64,000 nt of DNA, taken from assembly GCA_025999335.1 (NCBI GenBank), contig AP024681.1, positions 163,656 through 227,655 of the forward strand. Reading direction: 5' to 3'. How positions within the stretch are numbered: position 1 is the first letter of the stretch; every line of letters starts with the position of its first letter. Shown one piece after another: positions 1 to 9,468 of this stretch. The position numbers were made by a program, and so were the translations under genes. The notes beneath the pieces were generated by a model, which saw nothing but the letters and a program-made list of their open reading frames with translations, did no database searches and was not told the origin of the DNA. This DNA is from Candidatus Parcubacteria bacterium. GTDB taxonomy: Bacteria > Patescibacteriota > Minisyncoccia > UBA6257 > HR35.

Positions 1-508
1 CTTTACCTAAATTCACATAAACATTTCCATGTTGATCTCTTTTTTCAATAACTCCACTAATAACCTTACCTTCTTTTTCTTTAAAATCTGAGAAAAGGGA
101 TTGTTTTTCAATTTCCCGTAACTTTTGAATAATAACCTGTTTAGCAGTTTGCGCCGCGACACGACTAAAACTATCATTAGGAGGTAATTCGATATAAATT
201 TCCTGTCCTGGCAAACTATTACTATTAATCTTTTTTGCTTCTGAAAGTAAAATATTTCTATTACTATTAAAATTTTTGCCTAAATTTTCAGCCTCTTTAT
301 CATCAATAACTGTTTTAACTAAATAAAATTTAACTTCACCATTAGGTGTTTTTTTCGCTTTAACAATAACATCTCGCGAGAGCTGACTATCCTTTTTATA
401 AGCTATGCTTAACGCCTCTAATAAAGCATTTTCAACATCACTAACGCTTAAACCACGAGCATCGGAAATTTGGGTTATAAAATTATTAAACTGTTTCAAA
501 GAAATCAT
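1..508 (-). CDS. nusA: Transcription termination/antitermination factor NusA, N-terminal part (gene continues beyond window start)
   Basis: Manual minus-strand translation from the ATG at 506-508 gives MISLKQFNNFITQISDARGLSVSDVENALLEALSIAYKK..., which matches the NusA N-terminal domain followed by an S1-like region; the ORF runs off the window edge. Confidence 0.7.
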   Translation of the reverse strand, partial: MISLKQFNNFITQISDARGLSVSDVENALLEALSIAYKKDSQLSRDVIVKAKKTPNGEVKFYLVKTVIDDKEAENLGKNFNSNRNILLSEAKKINSNSLPGQEIYIELPPNDSFSRVAAQTAKQVIIQKLREIEKQSLFSDFKEKEGKVISGVIEKRDQHGNVYVNLGK

Positions 509-796
509 TGCTAAAAAGTTTTTTGATTATGTGACTTAAAAAATACAATTAAATGATTGATAATAAATTTATTATTAATTATAACATAAATAATCAACCA
601 AATACTTGTCAACTATTGATAAAAAACAAAATTAGCTTTAATTAAAAAATTATTTAAAGGGATTAATAGGATTTTTAATCTCTTGAAGAGGAGTAATTTT
701 AAAAAAGAAATTTTTATTATTATCAACCCAAAAAATCATTAAACTAATTATTAATACCCATAAAAATATATTAAAAAATTTTAAAAATTTATCCAT

Positions 797-1729
797 CTAC
801 TGCAATAAAGGATTCATTTTGCCACGTACTTCAAAATGCAAATTACAACCAGGATTACCAATAGTATAGCCAGTATTACCAACATAACCAATCAACTCTC
901 CTCCTTGTACCTGTTGTCCATCTTCTACGACAATTAACTGAAGATGGGCGTATAAAGTATAAAAATTAGAATTGTGTTTAATTAAAATATAGTTACCATA
1001 ACCACCGTTCCAACCTTCGCCAGTCTCTATCACCGTACCTTTTTTTGCTGCATAAACTTCAGTGCCACAAGGAGCGGCAATATCAGAAGCATTATTTCCA
1101 TGTTTAGTGCCCCAATTTAATCCTGAAACAGGAATAAGTATATCTCCTGCATTAGTTAAAGCAGCAACATATTTGCCAGCTAACTTCTTTACAGGCGGTT
1201 TTGATGGCAACAAAGCCACTGAACGAGCCGAAGGAATTACCAAGGAATCACCAACTTTAACAATTGATTTTTCTGTTAAATTATTTGCTTGTAAAATAAC
1301 CTCCACGGGCACTTTAAACATTTGACTGATTCGCCATAAATTATCACCTTGCTTCACTTTATAAACAAATTTTTTAGTTATATTTTTATTTTGCCCTTGA
1401 GAACTAATATCATTTTTCAAATTTTTATTTAAATTTAAAACTACCTTCTTCAACTCTTCAGGATTAATGTTGTTGGTATTTAAAAAATCATCATTATCAT
1501 TTTCTGTTGTCTCCTTAGAAGTATTAGCATCAATAAAATTATCCTGATTATCATAAGCACTTGCATCAATAGTCGCAGCAATAGCAAAAAATACATAGTA
1601 GAAATTAAGCAACAAAACCAAAGCTAAAATAAATTTTTTACGAAAAAATAAATTACTAATTTTTAATGTAAAATAAGCAATGGGACCTTTGTAAAAACTT
1701 ATAAACCAAATCAAATAACAAATCAACAC
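797..1729 (-). CDS. LysM-domain M23 family metallopeptidase with N-terminal membrane anchor
   Basis: LysM-like segment (YKVKQGDNLWRISQMF...VKVGDSLVIP); C-terminal M23 signature (HxGxD-like and HLHFE). Confidence 0.7.
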   Translation of the reverse strand: MLICYLIWFISFYKGPIAYFTLKISNLFFRKKFILALVLLLNFYYVFFAIAATIDASAYDNQDNFIDANTSKETTENDNDDFLNTNNINPEELKKVVLNLNKNLKNDISSQGQNKNITKKFVYKVKQGDNLWRISQMFKVPVEVILQANNLTEKSIVKVGDSLVIPSARSVALLPSKPPVKKLAGKYVAALTNAGDILIPVSGLNWGTKHGNNASDIAAPCGTEVYAAKKGTVIETGEGWNGGYGNYILIKHNSNFYTLYAHLQLIVVEDGQQVQGGELIGYVGNTGYTIGNPGCNLHFEVRGKMNPLLQ

Positions 1730-1767
1730 TGACTTTAATTATAAAATTATACCATAGAAAAAATATA

Positions 1768-2490
1768 ATGACCCAAAAAAGATTTAGTCAAAATTTCCTG
1801 AAAAATAAAGGCTTTTTAAAGCTAATTGCCCAAAATTTAGATATCAATAAAGACGATACGATTATTGAAATCGGCGGAGGCCATGGAGAGTTAACTCAAT
1901 ATTTAAGCTCCGGACATAAAATAATCGTTTATGAAATAGACAAGCGCTTAGCTTTTAGATTAAAAAATAAATTTAAAGAAAACAAAAATATTATTATAAA
2001 AAATCAAGATTTTCTCAAAGCTAAATTAAGTTTATTTAATAATAACTATAAACTTGTCGGCAATATACCTTATGGTATAACTGGATTAATTTTTAGAAAA
2101 ATTCTCACTTTAAAGAATAAACCTAAAATTCTAGTTTTTACCATTCAAAAAGAAAAAGCTCAAACAATGCTTCAACCTCATAGCCTTTGGAATAATTGGA
2201 TAAAAATTTGGGGTGATATTCAAAGAATAGCTATTATTGATAAAAAAAATTTTCAACCTCAACCCAAGGTTGATTCAGCTATTATTAAAATTAATTTCTA
2301 TAACCAACCTTTAGTTGATAAACCTGAATTATTTATAAAATTCCTAAAAAAAATATACCAAAGGCCTAATAAAAAAATTAAAAATAACTATCAATTGCCA
2401 CCTGATTTAATGATTTATAATAATTTAAGAGCTCGACAATTAACTTTTAATGATTTAATTTTCATCTATAAATCACTAAATAAAAAATGA
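1768..2490 (+). CDS. rsmA: 16S rRNA (adenine1518/1519-N6)-dimethyltransferase RsmA/KsgA
   Basis: FSQNFL motif, EIGGGHGELT SAM-binding motif, NIPYGIT; the TGA stop overlaps the trmD ATG (ATGA). Confidence 0.8.
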   Translation: MTQKRFSQNFLKNKGFLKLIAQNLDINKDDTIIEIGGGHGELTQYLSSGHKIIVYEIDKRLAFRLKNKFKENKNIIIKNQDFLKAKLSLFNNNYKLVGNIPYGITGLIFRKILTLKNKPKILVFTIQKEKAQTMLQPHSLWNNWIKIWGDIQRIAIIDKKNFQPQPKVDSAIIKINFYNQPLVDKPELFIKFLKKIYQRPNKKIKNNYQLPPDLMIYNNLRARQLTFNDLIFIYKSLNKK

Positions 2491-3140
2491 TCATTTTTGA
2501 TATTATTACCCTATTTCCTGAAAGTTTTAGTTATTTAAAAACATCAATTTTAAACAAAGCACAGGCAAAAGGATTAATTAAAATTAATTTTTGGGATTTA
2601 AAAAATTTTGCCCCACGACACGAAATTGACGACAAACCCTATGGCGGAGGACCAGGTATGGTTATTAAATTTCAACCTGTTTATTCAGCCTTAACAAAAG
2701 CAAAAAAAGCTTTTCACACTAAAAAACGAAAAATCATCTTAACTCATCCTGCTGGTAAACTTTTTAATCAAAACTTAGCTAAAAAATTAGCTCAACAAAA
2801 ACAAATAATTATTATCTGCGGTCATTATGAAGGCATTGATGCTCGCATAGAAAAATTTGTAGATTTAAAATTATCTATCGGCAATTATATCCTTACAGGC
2901 GGCGAATTACCAGCAATGGTTATGATTGATGCTATTAGTCGACATTTAAAAGGTGTTCTTCATAATCCTTTATCGCTCGAAGAAAAAAGATATAAACAAA
3001 CCTTATCTTATCCTGTTTATACTAGACCTGAGATTATACAAATAAAAGGACGAAAACTTAAAACTCCTAAGATCTTGCTTAGCGGCAATCACCAATCAAT
3101 TAAAGAATGGCGCTTAAAAAAAGCTAAAAAAATTATTTAG
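2487..3140 (+). CDS. trmD: tRNA (guanine37-N1)-methyltransferase TrmD
   Basis: IIFDIITLFPE...DDKPYGGGPGMV and CGHYEGID motifs typical of TrmD. Confidence 0.85.
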   Translation: MIIFDIITLFPESFSYLKTSILNKAQAKGLIKINFWDLKNFAPRHEIDDKPYGGGPGMVIKFQPVYSALTKAKKAFHTKKRKIILTHPAGKLFNQNLAKKLAQQKQIIIICGHYEGIDARIEKFVDLKLSIGNYILTGGELPAMVMIDAISRHLKGVLHNPLSLEEKRYKQTLSYPVYTRPEIIQIKGRKLKTPKILLSGNHQSIKEWRLKKAKKII

Positions 3141-3828
3141 AATTTAAAGATTTATCAATATTTGAAGAATTAGCTTTTAATTCTGTTAAAATAATTTTTC
3201 TAAAAGCATTGTAATTAGGAGGATTATTGATAACTTTGCCATTAACAAAAAAAGTTGGAGTTTGTTGAATATTATTAGCTAAAGCTTTCATATAAGCTTG
3301 ATCAACTTTTTGCATAATTTCTGCTGAATTTAAATCAAACATAAATTTATTAACATCTAATTGCAATTCTTGCGCATATTTTTTAAAAACATTTTCAACA
3401 TTAATATTATTTGCCAATGACCATTCCTTTTGTCTCTCAAACAAAAGATTATGCATTTCCCAAAATTTATTTTGCTTGCCAGCAGCTTCAGCAGCCCGGG
3501 CTGCTAATTTAGCATATTTATGAAAAGGCAAAGGAAAATGTCGATAAACAAAAGCCAAGTCAGCATTAAGGTCATAATCTTCTAAAAGTTGCCTAACTAG
3601 TGAGTAATAATTAGCGCAGGCAGGACATTGAAAATCACTATATTCAACAATAATAACTTTTGCTTTTTTATCGCCTTTAATCCAATCACCATCATTGACT
3701 GGTTCAAATTTAAGATAACTCTTTTGTTTAGTATTAACAAAATTAATAACTGATAAAACCAAAACAAAAATTAAAATAAAAACTAAAAAATAAGTTGCTA
3801 ATATTTCTTTAGAGCTTTTTTTATCCAT
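3133..3828 (-). CDS. DsbA-like thiol:disulfide oxidoreductase, membrane anchored
   Basis: N-terminal TM helix; CPAC active site in thioredoxin-fold context. Confidence 0.65.
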   Translation of the reverse strand: MDKKSSKEILATYFLVFILIFVLVLSVINFVNTKQKSYLKFEPVNDGDWIKGDKKAKVIIVEYSDFQCPACANYYSLVRQLLEDYDLNADLAFVYRHFPLPFHKYAKLAARAAEAAGKQNKFWEMHNLLFERQKEWSLANNINVENVFKKYAQELQLDVNKFMFDLNSAEIMQKVDQAYMKALANNIQQTPTFFVNGKVINNPPNYNAFRKIILTELKANSSNIDKSLNSK

Positions 3829-4070
3829 TATTCATTAAAAAATAGCCATAATTAATAAAGATCAATCAAAATCTCTATCTATATAATGGCACTTAAATTC
3901 ATTTTATCAAAAATTAATCATTTTATTAAATAAAATTATCGCTTCTTTAAAATATATTAATAAAAAATAATACAGCTCATCAAAAATTATTAAGATTATT
4001 AAAATCTATTAGTACAATGTTTTATATTACCTCTAAAAATAGTATTCTTAAAATTGGAATATTTATTAAG

Positions 4071-4143
4071 TGGGTACGGTAGGGATCGAACCTACGACCT
4101 CCGTCTTATCAGGACGGCGTTCTACCACTGAACTACGTACCCT
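4071..4143 (-). tRNA. tRNA-Ile (anticodon GAT)
   Basis: Reverse complement folds as a cloverleaf GGGTACG-TA-GTTC-AGTGGTA-GAAC...CCGTC-CTGATAA-GACGG...GTAGG-TTCGATC-CCTAC-CGTACCC; coordinates +/-2. Confidence 0.85.
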
Positions 4144-4165
4144 TTTAAAAAAAATTTATAATTTG

Positions 4166-4239
4166 CGCGGGCGACCGGACTCGAACCGGCGACCTCCGCC
4201 GTGACAGGGCGGCGTTCTAACCAACTGAACTACGCCCGC
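4166..4239 (-). tRNA. tRNA-Asp (anticodon GTC)
   Basis: Reverse complement GCGGGCG-TA-GTTC-AGTTGGTTA-GAAC-G-CCGCC-CTGTCAC-GGCGG-AGGTC-GCCGG-TTCGAGT-CCGGT-CGCCCGC-G; coordinates +/-2. Confidence 0.85.
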
Positions 4240-4251
4240 TGGTTATAGCAA

Positions 4252-4839
4252 TTAAGCTCTTTTATTAAGTATTTTATCAATAACTCCATAATCTTTAGCT
4301 TCTTCTGCAGATAGCCAAAAATCTCGATCAGTATCTTTTTCTATACGCTCTAAAGGCTGACCTGTATGTTTTGATAATATTTCATTAACTCTTGACTTAA
4401 TTTTTAGTATTTCTTTAGCAGCAATCTCTATTTCTGTTGCTTGACCAGATAAAGGACCAGCCATAACTTGATGCATTAAAACTTCAGTGTTTGGTAAAGC
4501 AAATCTTTTACCTTTTGTGCCTGCTGACAACAATATTGTTGCTGCCGAAGCTACTATGCCTATGCCTATTGTTTGAACATCGCATTTAATAAACTGCATT
4601 GTGTCATAAATAGCTAAAGCTGAATGAACTTCGCCACCAGGACTATGAATATAAAAATGAATATCTTTATGAGGATCTTCATGTTCTAAATATAACAATT
4701 GGGCAATTAAGCTATTGGCTACCAAATCATTAATTGGCGTTCCTAAAAAAATAATTCTTTCTTTTAACAAACGTGAATAGATATCATACGCCCTTTCGCC
4801 AAATTGTGTTTTTTCAATAACTATTGGTACTAAATCCAT
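4252..4839 (-). CDS. clpP: ATP-dependent Clp protease proteolytic subunit ClpP
   Basis: [20 protein letters not shown]...MHQ catalytic Ser/His context. Confidence 0.9.
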   Translation of the reverse strand: MDLVPIVIEKTQFGERAYDIYSRLLKERIIFLGTPINDLVANSLIAQLLYLEHEDPHKDIHFYIHSPGGEVHSALAIYDTMQFIKCDVQTIGIGIVASAATILLSAGTKGKRFALPNTEVLMHQVMAGPLSGQATEIEIAAKEILKIKSRVNEILSKHTGQPLERIEKDTDRDFWLSAEEAKDYGVIDKILNKRA

Positions 4840-4880
4840 TTTGTTTAAAAAAATAATTAATATCGCAAAATAAAAAAGAG

Positions 4881-5480
4881 CTATTTAGAACCATATCTAA
4901 GCACTATATTAAATTTTAACATAATTAACAAAAAAAGCAAAAGGATTGCATTTCTTGTTAAAAAATTAAAAGGTAAAAAACTATATATAAAAATTCCCTC
5001 AAAAATAATTAAACCAAGAATTAACGAATTAAGCAAAGAATAGTTTAAAAAAAATCTAGCAAACAAAATACTTATAAATACACTAAAATATAAAAAACCA
5101 ACTAAACCAAAAATATTTAAATGATATAACAACAAAGCTGTTAACAAGGAACAGAAATAAATTAACAAATTAACAAATTCTTTCTTTTGTAAATAAAAAA
5201 TTATAATCAAAAATAAAATTGCCGTAAGAATATTGTTTAAAAAAGATTTTGAAACAACATATAAAATTTGGGAATCGATATGTTTTAAAAAAAATAGCGC
5301 TGGCAAAAAAATAAACGCAAAATAAAAAGCTTTAAAGAAAAAACCTAATTTATACCAAAAAATAAAGAGCGCTATAAAAAATAAAAAAATATTATTTCTA
5401 TAAAACATAAAACTCACTAAAGCAGCACTAAAAATAATAAACCAATTATTAAATATCCAAATTTTTAACTTCCTGAGCAT
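4881..5480 (-). CDS. Hypothetical polytopic membrane protein
   Basis: Highly hydrophobic 199-aa ORF; overlaps the 3' end of gyrB by 32 nt. Confidence 0.4.
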   Translation of the reverse strand: MLRKLKIWIFNNWFIIFSAALVSFMFYRNNIFLFFIALFIFWYKLGFFFKAFYFAFIFLPALFFLKHIDSQILYVVSKSFLNNILTAILFLIIIFYLQKKEFVNLLIYFCSLLTALLLYHLNIFGLVGFLYFSVFISILFARFFLNYSLLNSLILGLIIFEGIFIYSFLPFNFLTRNAILLLFLLIMLKFNIVLRYGSK

Positions 5481-7380
5481 AGGTTTCTATAAAATTACGC
5501 CTCGGTCCTACTTCTTCACCCATCAAAATGGTAAACAATCTATCAGCCTCTTCGGCATCTTCGATGGTAACTTTTTTTAATAAACGGAAAGCAGGATTTA
5601 GAGTTGTCTCCCATAATTCTTCTGGATTCATTTCGCCTAAACCTTTATATCTTTGAACATCAATATTAGCTTTTTTGCTGTGCAATTCTTTAATAATTTT
5701 TTCTTTTTCTCTGTCATTATAAGCATAATAAACATCTTTGCCAGCTTTAATTTTATATAAAGGTGGCTGCGCAACATAAACAAAACCATTCTCTAACAAA
5801 GGCTTCAAAAAACGATAAAACAAAGTAAGCAATAAAGTACGAATATGATTGCCATCGCTATCAGCATCGGTAGCTATAATAATTTTTCCATAGCGTAAAC
5901 CATCTAAATTAAAATCATTGCCAAAGCCAGTCCCCAAAGCAATAATCAAATTTTTAATTTCTTGTGATTTAATAATTTTATCAACACTAGCTTTTTCAAC
6001 ATTTAAAATTTTACCTCTTAATGGCAATACGGCTTGAAAATTACGATCACGACCTTGTTTAGCAGAACCGCCTGCGGAATCACCTTCAACGATAAACAAC
6101 TCTCTTTGATTAACATCTCTTGATGAACAATCAGCGAGTTTACCTGATAAAGTAAGCCCTGCTTGGATTCTTTTTTTAAAAATAGCTTCTTTAGCGGCAC
6201 GCGCAGCTTTTCTTGCTTGAACATTTAACAAAATACGCGTTACCAAAGAACGAGCTTGACTAGGGTTTTTGTGCAAGTATTCTTCTAATTTAGAAACAAT
6301 AACATTTTCAACCAATGATTTAACTTCAGGATTGCCCAATTTACTTTTTGTTTGTCCCTCAAATTGAGGTTCATTAATTCTTAAAGACAACACGGATATT
6401 AAACCTCCTCGAATATCGTCAACAGTAATTGATAAATTATCTTTATCTTTAAGCAAATTTAAATCTCGAGCTACTTTATTTAAAACTTTCACCAAACCAT
6501 AACGAAAACCGGTGGCATGGGTACCGCCTTCACTATTAATAATATTATTAGTAAAAAAATATTCAATGTTTTCTGCAGATTCTGAGTAAGTAAAAGCAAC
6601 ATCAAGAACATAATCATTATCAATCTGATTAATATATATATAATCATCTAAAACAATATTTTTATTTAAAATTAAATGTTCAATAAAAACCTTAATGCCT
6701 TTTTCAAAATAAAAACTGTATTTAAAATCATTAGGAGAATCAATAAAATTAATATGTAAATAAGGCGTTAAATAAGCTTGATGCCGTAAATATTCTAATA
6801 TTTTTTTTCTATCAAAAGCTATCTTCGTAAATATAGAATCATCAGGCTCAAAAAGAATAGTTGTTCCTGAATCTTTTGCTGGACGACCTCTTTTTAAAGC
6901 GCTTATAGCTTTACCGCAACGATATTCTTGAGTCCAAATATAGCCATCTCTTTTTACTTCAGCTTTAAGATATTTAGACAAAGCATTAACAACGGAAATG
7001 CCTACGCCATGCAAACCGCCAGCTGATTTATAAACTTTCTGTTCAAATTTACCACCAGCATGCAAAACTGTCAAAACAGTCTCTAAAGCTGATTTCTTTG
7101 TTTTAGGATGAATATCAACAGGAATACCTCTACCATCATCGCTAACTTTTATTTGATTATTAGTTACTATTTCAACAGTAATATTTTTAGCATAGCCAGC
7201 TAAACTTTCATCAACGGCATTAGCAACTACTTCCCAAATTAAATGATGCAAACCGTCGCTACCGGTTCCACCAATATACATCCCTGGCCTTTTGCGCACG
7301 GCTTCAATACCTTCTAAAACTTGAATAGATGAAGCTTTATAATCGTGGTAATGAGTTTTATTTTTATCTTCTTTGTCCAT
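5449..7380 (-). CDS. gyrB: DNA gyrase subunit B
   Basis: GHKL ATPase motifs (HHLIWEVVANAVDE, GLHGVG), TOPRIM region (EGDSAGG), C-terminal GyrB tail. Confidence 0.85.
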   Translation of the reverse strand: MDKEDKNKTHYHDYKASSIQVLEGIEAVRKRPGMYIGGTGSDGLHHLIWEVVANAVDESLAGYAKNITVEIVTNNQIKVSDDGRGIPVDIHPKTKKSALETVLTVLHAGGKFEQKVYKSAGGLHGVGISVVNALSKYLKAEVKRDGYIWTQEYRCGKAISALKRGRPAKDSGTTILFEPDDSIFTKIAFDRKKILEYLRHQAYLTPYLHINFIDSPNDFKYSFYFEKGIKVFIEHLILNKNIVLDDYIYINQIDNDYVLDVAFTYSESAENIEYFFTNNIINSEGGTHATGFRYGLVKVLNKVARDLNLLKDKDNLSITVDDIRGGLISVLSLRINEPQFEGQTKSKLGNPEVKSLVENVIVSKLEEYLHKNPSQARSLVTRILLNVQARKAARAAKEAIFKKRIQAGLTLSGKLADCSSRDVNQRELFIVEGDSAGGSAKQGRDRNFQAVLPLRGKILNVEKASVDKIIKSQEIKNLIIALGTGFGNDFNLDGLRYGKIIIATDADSDGNHIRTLLLTLFYRFLKPLLENGFVYVAQPPLYKIKAGKDVYYAYNDREKEKIIKELHSKKANIDVQRYKGLGEMNPEELWETTLNPAFRLLKKVTIEDAEEADRLFTILMGEEVGPRRNFIETYAQEVKNLDI

Positions 7381-7445
7381 TAAAAATTTAATTGAAAATC
7401 TAATTAAGCCTCTTCTAATCGCGAACTATATAAAAGAGCGAAAAA

Positions 7446-7778
7446 TTATTCTTTTAAATCTTGAATAATTTCTTCGCTTTTTAGAACAGATGATTTTGTG
7501 GTTTTTTGAGCAATTGCTTTATCTAAAGGCGTTGGTTCTTCTATTTTAATATTAACACGAGCATGACTTTTAGTGCCAATAGCTTTAACAATAGTTTTAA
7601 TAGCATTAATATGAACGCCCTTTGAACCTATAACCAATCCCATATCTTGAGGATGCAACTTTACTTTCAATAAAACGCCCATCTCATCAATAATTCGTTG
7701 CACTTTAACCTCGTCAGGATGATTAACTAACGCGCTTAAAATATTTTCTAAAACAGTTTGATAAATCGGTTTTTCCAT
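7446..7778 (-). CDS. KH-domain RNA-binding protein (KhpA/YlqC-like)
   Basis: VIGSKGVHINAIKTIVKAIG core with GxxG KH-like motif. Confidence 0.55.
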   Translation of the reverse strand: MEKPIYQTVLENILSALVNHPDEVKVQRIIDEMGVLLKVKLHPQDMGLVIGSKGVHINAIKTIVKAIGTKSHARVNIKIEEPTPLDKAIAQKTTKSSVLKSEEIIQDLKE

Positions 7779-7863
7779 TATTGATTCTAAAATTTCAATT
7801 CAATCGCGACTCTAAAAATTATTTATATATTCTTATTATACCAAACTTTTTCAGAAGCCCAAA

Positions 7864-9468
7864 TTAATAAACTTTAATAATAATTCTTTGAGGGTCCAGA
7901 GGTAATGTTTTACGCCAAGACGGTGTTAATTTAATCTCAATATTTGCTAAATCTAAAGCATATTCTTTTTGAAATTCAGAAAATAATTCTTCAACTTTTT
8001 CAATTGGCAAACCAACTAACCTTTTTTTAAGCAAATCAGTATTAACATTGCTTGCTAACTCACCACTAACATTGGCAATCAGGCTCATTGTTTTATCCTT
8101 ATTGTTAAAGGGCAAGATTAAATTAACTGAATAATTTAAATTTTTAATTGCTAAGTTTTTGTTAGTTTTTAAAACATCTTCATTAATAAGCGTGCGGAGA
8201 AAGTTTTCAAAGTCTTTTTTTGAAATCATCAATGTCTCAAAACTAATTTTACCAGTCACAGAAACTGTATTTGATTTAGCGCCCGGAGAATGAGATATAG
8301 AAATAATATCTATGGGCTTTAGCAATTTTTTATCAATGAAATAAATATAATCGTTATATTTAATCTTTAATTGGCTTTCTAACAAATCTTCTAATGATTT
8401 TTGTAAAACTTGTTTAGCGTTGCTTATATCATTTTCAGTAACAATATTAATTTGCTCCTGCGAAAAAGTACCACCTAATTTAAAATAAGAGGCAGTACGA
8501 ACTTTAACAATATCAGAAAACAAACGACCATCAGCTGCTCTTGTTTTATTTTCTTCCCATGTCATAACTTTTAATTCGGTATCCGTAGCCAATTCAAGAT
8601 TCTGGTCTGCAGCTTTATCTAAAAAAGCTGTAGCTGTTTTAACGCCTGGATTATCATTGGAACCTGAAGGAATAACTACTGCTTCAAGAGTTCTAAAAAT
8701 ATTATCGCCAAAACTCAAACGCGTACCTTCTTTTAAGGGTATGTCATAAGCATAAGTACTAAAAAAAGTAACATTCACCAAAGGTTTGCTTACTTCATTT
8801 AAAGTAATACCTGTAGTTGTAACTGAAATAGTATGATTTAATTCTTCTTTAATATAACGACCACCAATAACTCTATTTTTATAATCTGGTACTAAAAGAC
8901 CATCTTTGACAGAAATAAGCAGATTTTTTAAATTAGGATTAATTGATTCTAAAGTTGTTTTTTTAGTAAATATAGATATTTCTGCTTTGGTTTGCAAAAT
9001 AAAAATAAAAAAATAAACAATAAAGCCTACACTACCTATTCCCAAAGCATATAAAAATATTTTTTTCAACGAAAATGATAGATTTAATCTTTTACTTGGT
9101 TTTTTATAAGTAATCGATTCTTTAATCTCTTTTGCTCCTGTTGTGACTGTTGTTGAAGTTTTAGGATGGGAAATTGTTTTGGGAGGCCTAATATCAACTA
9201 TAGGCTGAGGTTCAATCTCTGATAAAAATAAATTAATATTAAAATCTCGTGCTAAATTAATTATTCTTTTATCTTCGCTATCTATATAAACTTCTTTTCT
9301 TAGTCTATCAATCTCATTTTTTAATAGTTCAAAATTGACGGGATGCAATAAAGCATGGCAATTTTCAGGCACTATTAAAATAATTTCTTTTTCTTTTGTT
9401 GACCTTAACTTTTCGATAATCTCTCCAATCTCTTCGTCGCCTTTAATATATATATAAACTTTATTCAT
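7864..9468 (-). CDS. Hypothetical single-pass membrane protein (cytosolic N-domain, large extracytoplasmic domain)
   Basis: About 130-aa N-terminal soluble region, one TM (FLYALGIGSVGFIVYFFIFIL), then a roughly 370-aa Ser/Thr/Asn-rich domain; overlaps the alaS start by 8 nt. Confidence 0.4.
   Translation of the reverse strand: MNKVYIYIKGDEEIGEIIEKLRSTKEKEIILIVPENCHALLHPVNFELLKNEIDRLRKEVYIDSEDKRIINLARDFNINLFLSEIEPQPIVDIRPPKTISHPKTSTTVTTGAKEIKESITYKKPSKRLNLSFSLKKIFLYALGIGSVGFIVYFFIFILQTKAEISIFTKKTTLESINPNLKNLLISVKDGLLVPDYKNRVIGGRYIKEELNHTISVTTTGITLNEVSKPLVNVTFFSTYAYDIPLKEGTRLSFGDNIFRTLEAVVIPSGSNDNPGVKTATAFLDKAADQNLELATDTELKVMTWEENKTRAADGRLFSDIVKVRTASYFKLGGTFSQEQINIVTENDISNAKQVLQKSLEDLLESQLKIKYNDYIYFIDKKLLKPIDIISISHSPGAKSNTVSVTGKISFETLMISKKDFENFLRTLINEDVLKTNKNLAIKNLNYSVNLILPFNNKDKTMSLIANVSGELASNVNTDLLKKRLVGLPIEKVEELFSEFQKEYALDLANIEIKLTPSWRKTLPLDPQRIIIKVY

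Noticed and set aside
1062-1325. Short ORFs antisense to, or in alternate frames of, well-supported genes. Track coordinates: 1062..1325, 6018..6224, 14121..14378, 25293..25511, 27524..27736, 30184..30435, 35532..35783, 39066..39362, 41229..41420, 41550..41747, 46298..46507, 49308..49505, 54497..54814, 55201..55392, 56039..56257, 60071..60265
   Set aside because: Each is fully embedded in a longer ORF with clear homology (M23 peptidase, gyrB, pilB, secA, rplU, ftsW/rpsI, mreB, priA-like, M16 peptidase, rpsM/rpmJ, glutaredoxin, trxB, gatA, iscS). All are low-complexity AT-frame shadow ORFs.
7864-9468. Possibility that the 534-aa ORF overlapping alaS is the missing AlaRS editing/C-terminal half (split AlaRS)
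   Set aside because: It contains a CHALLH string reminiscent of HxxxH. However, it has a TM helix and a large extracytoplasmic domain, and nothing resembling the CxxxH motif or the DHHA1/C-Ala domain. Treated as an unrelated membrane protein.
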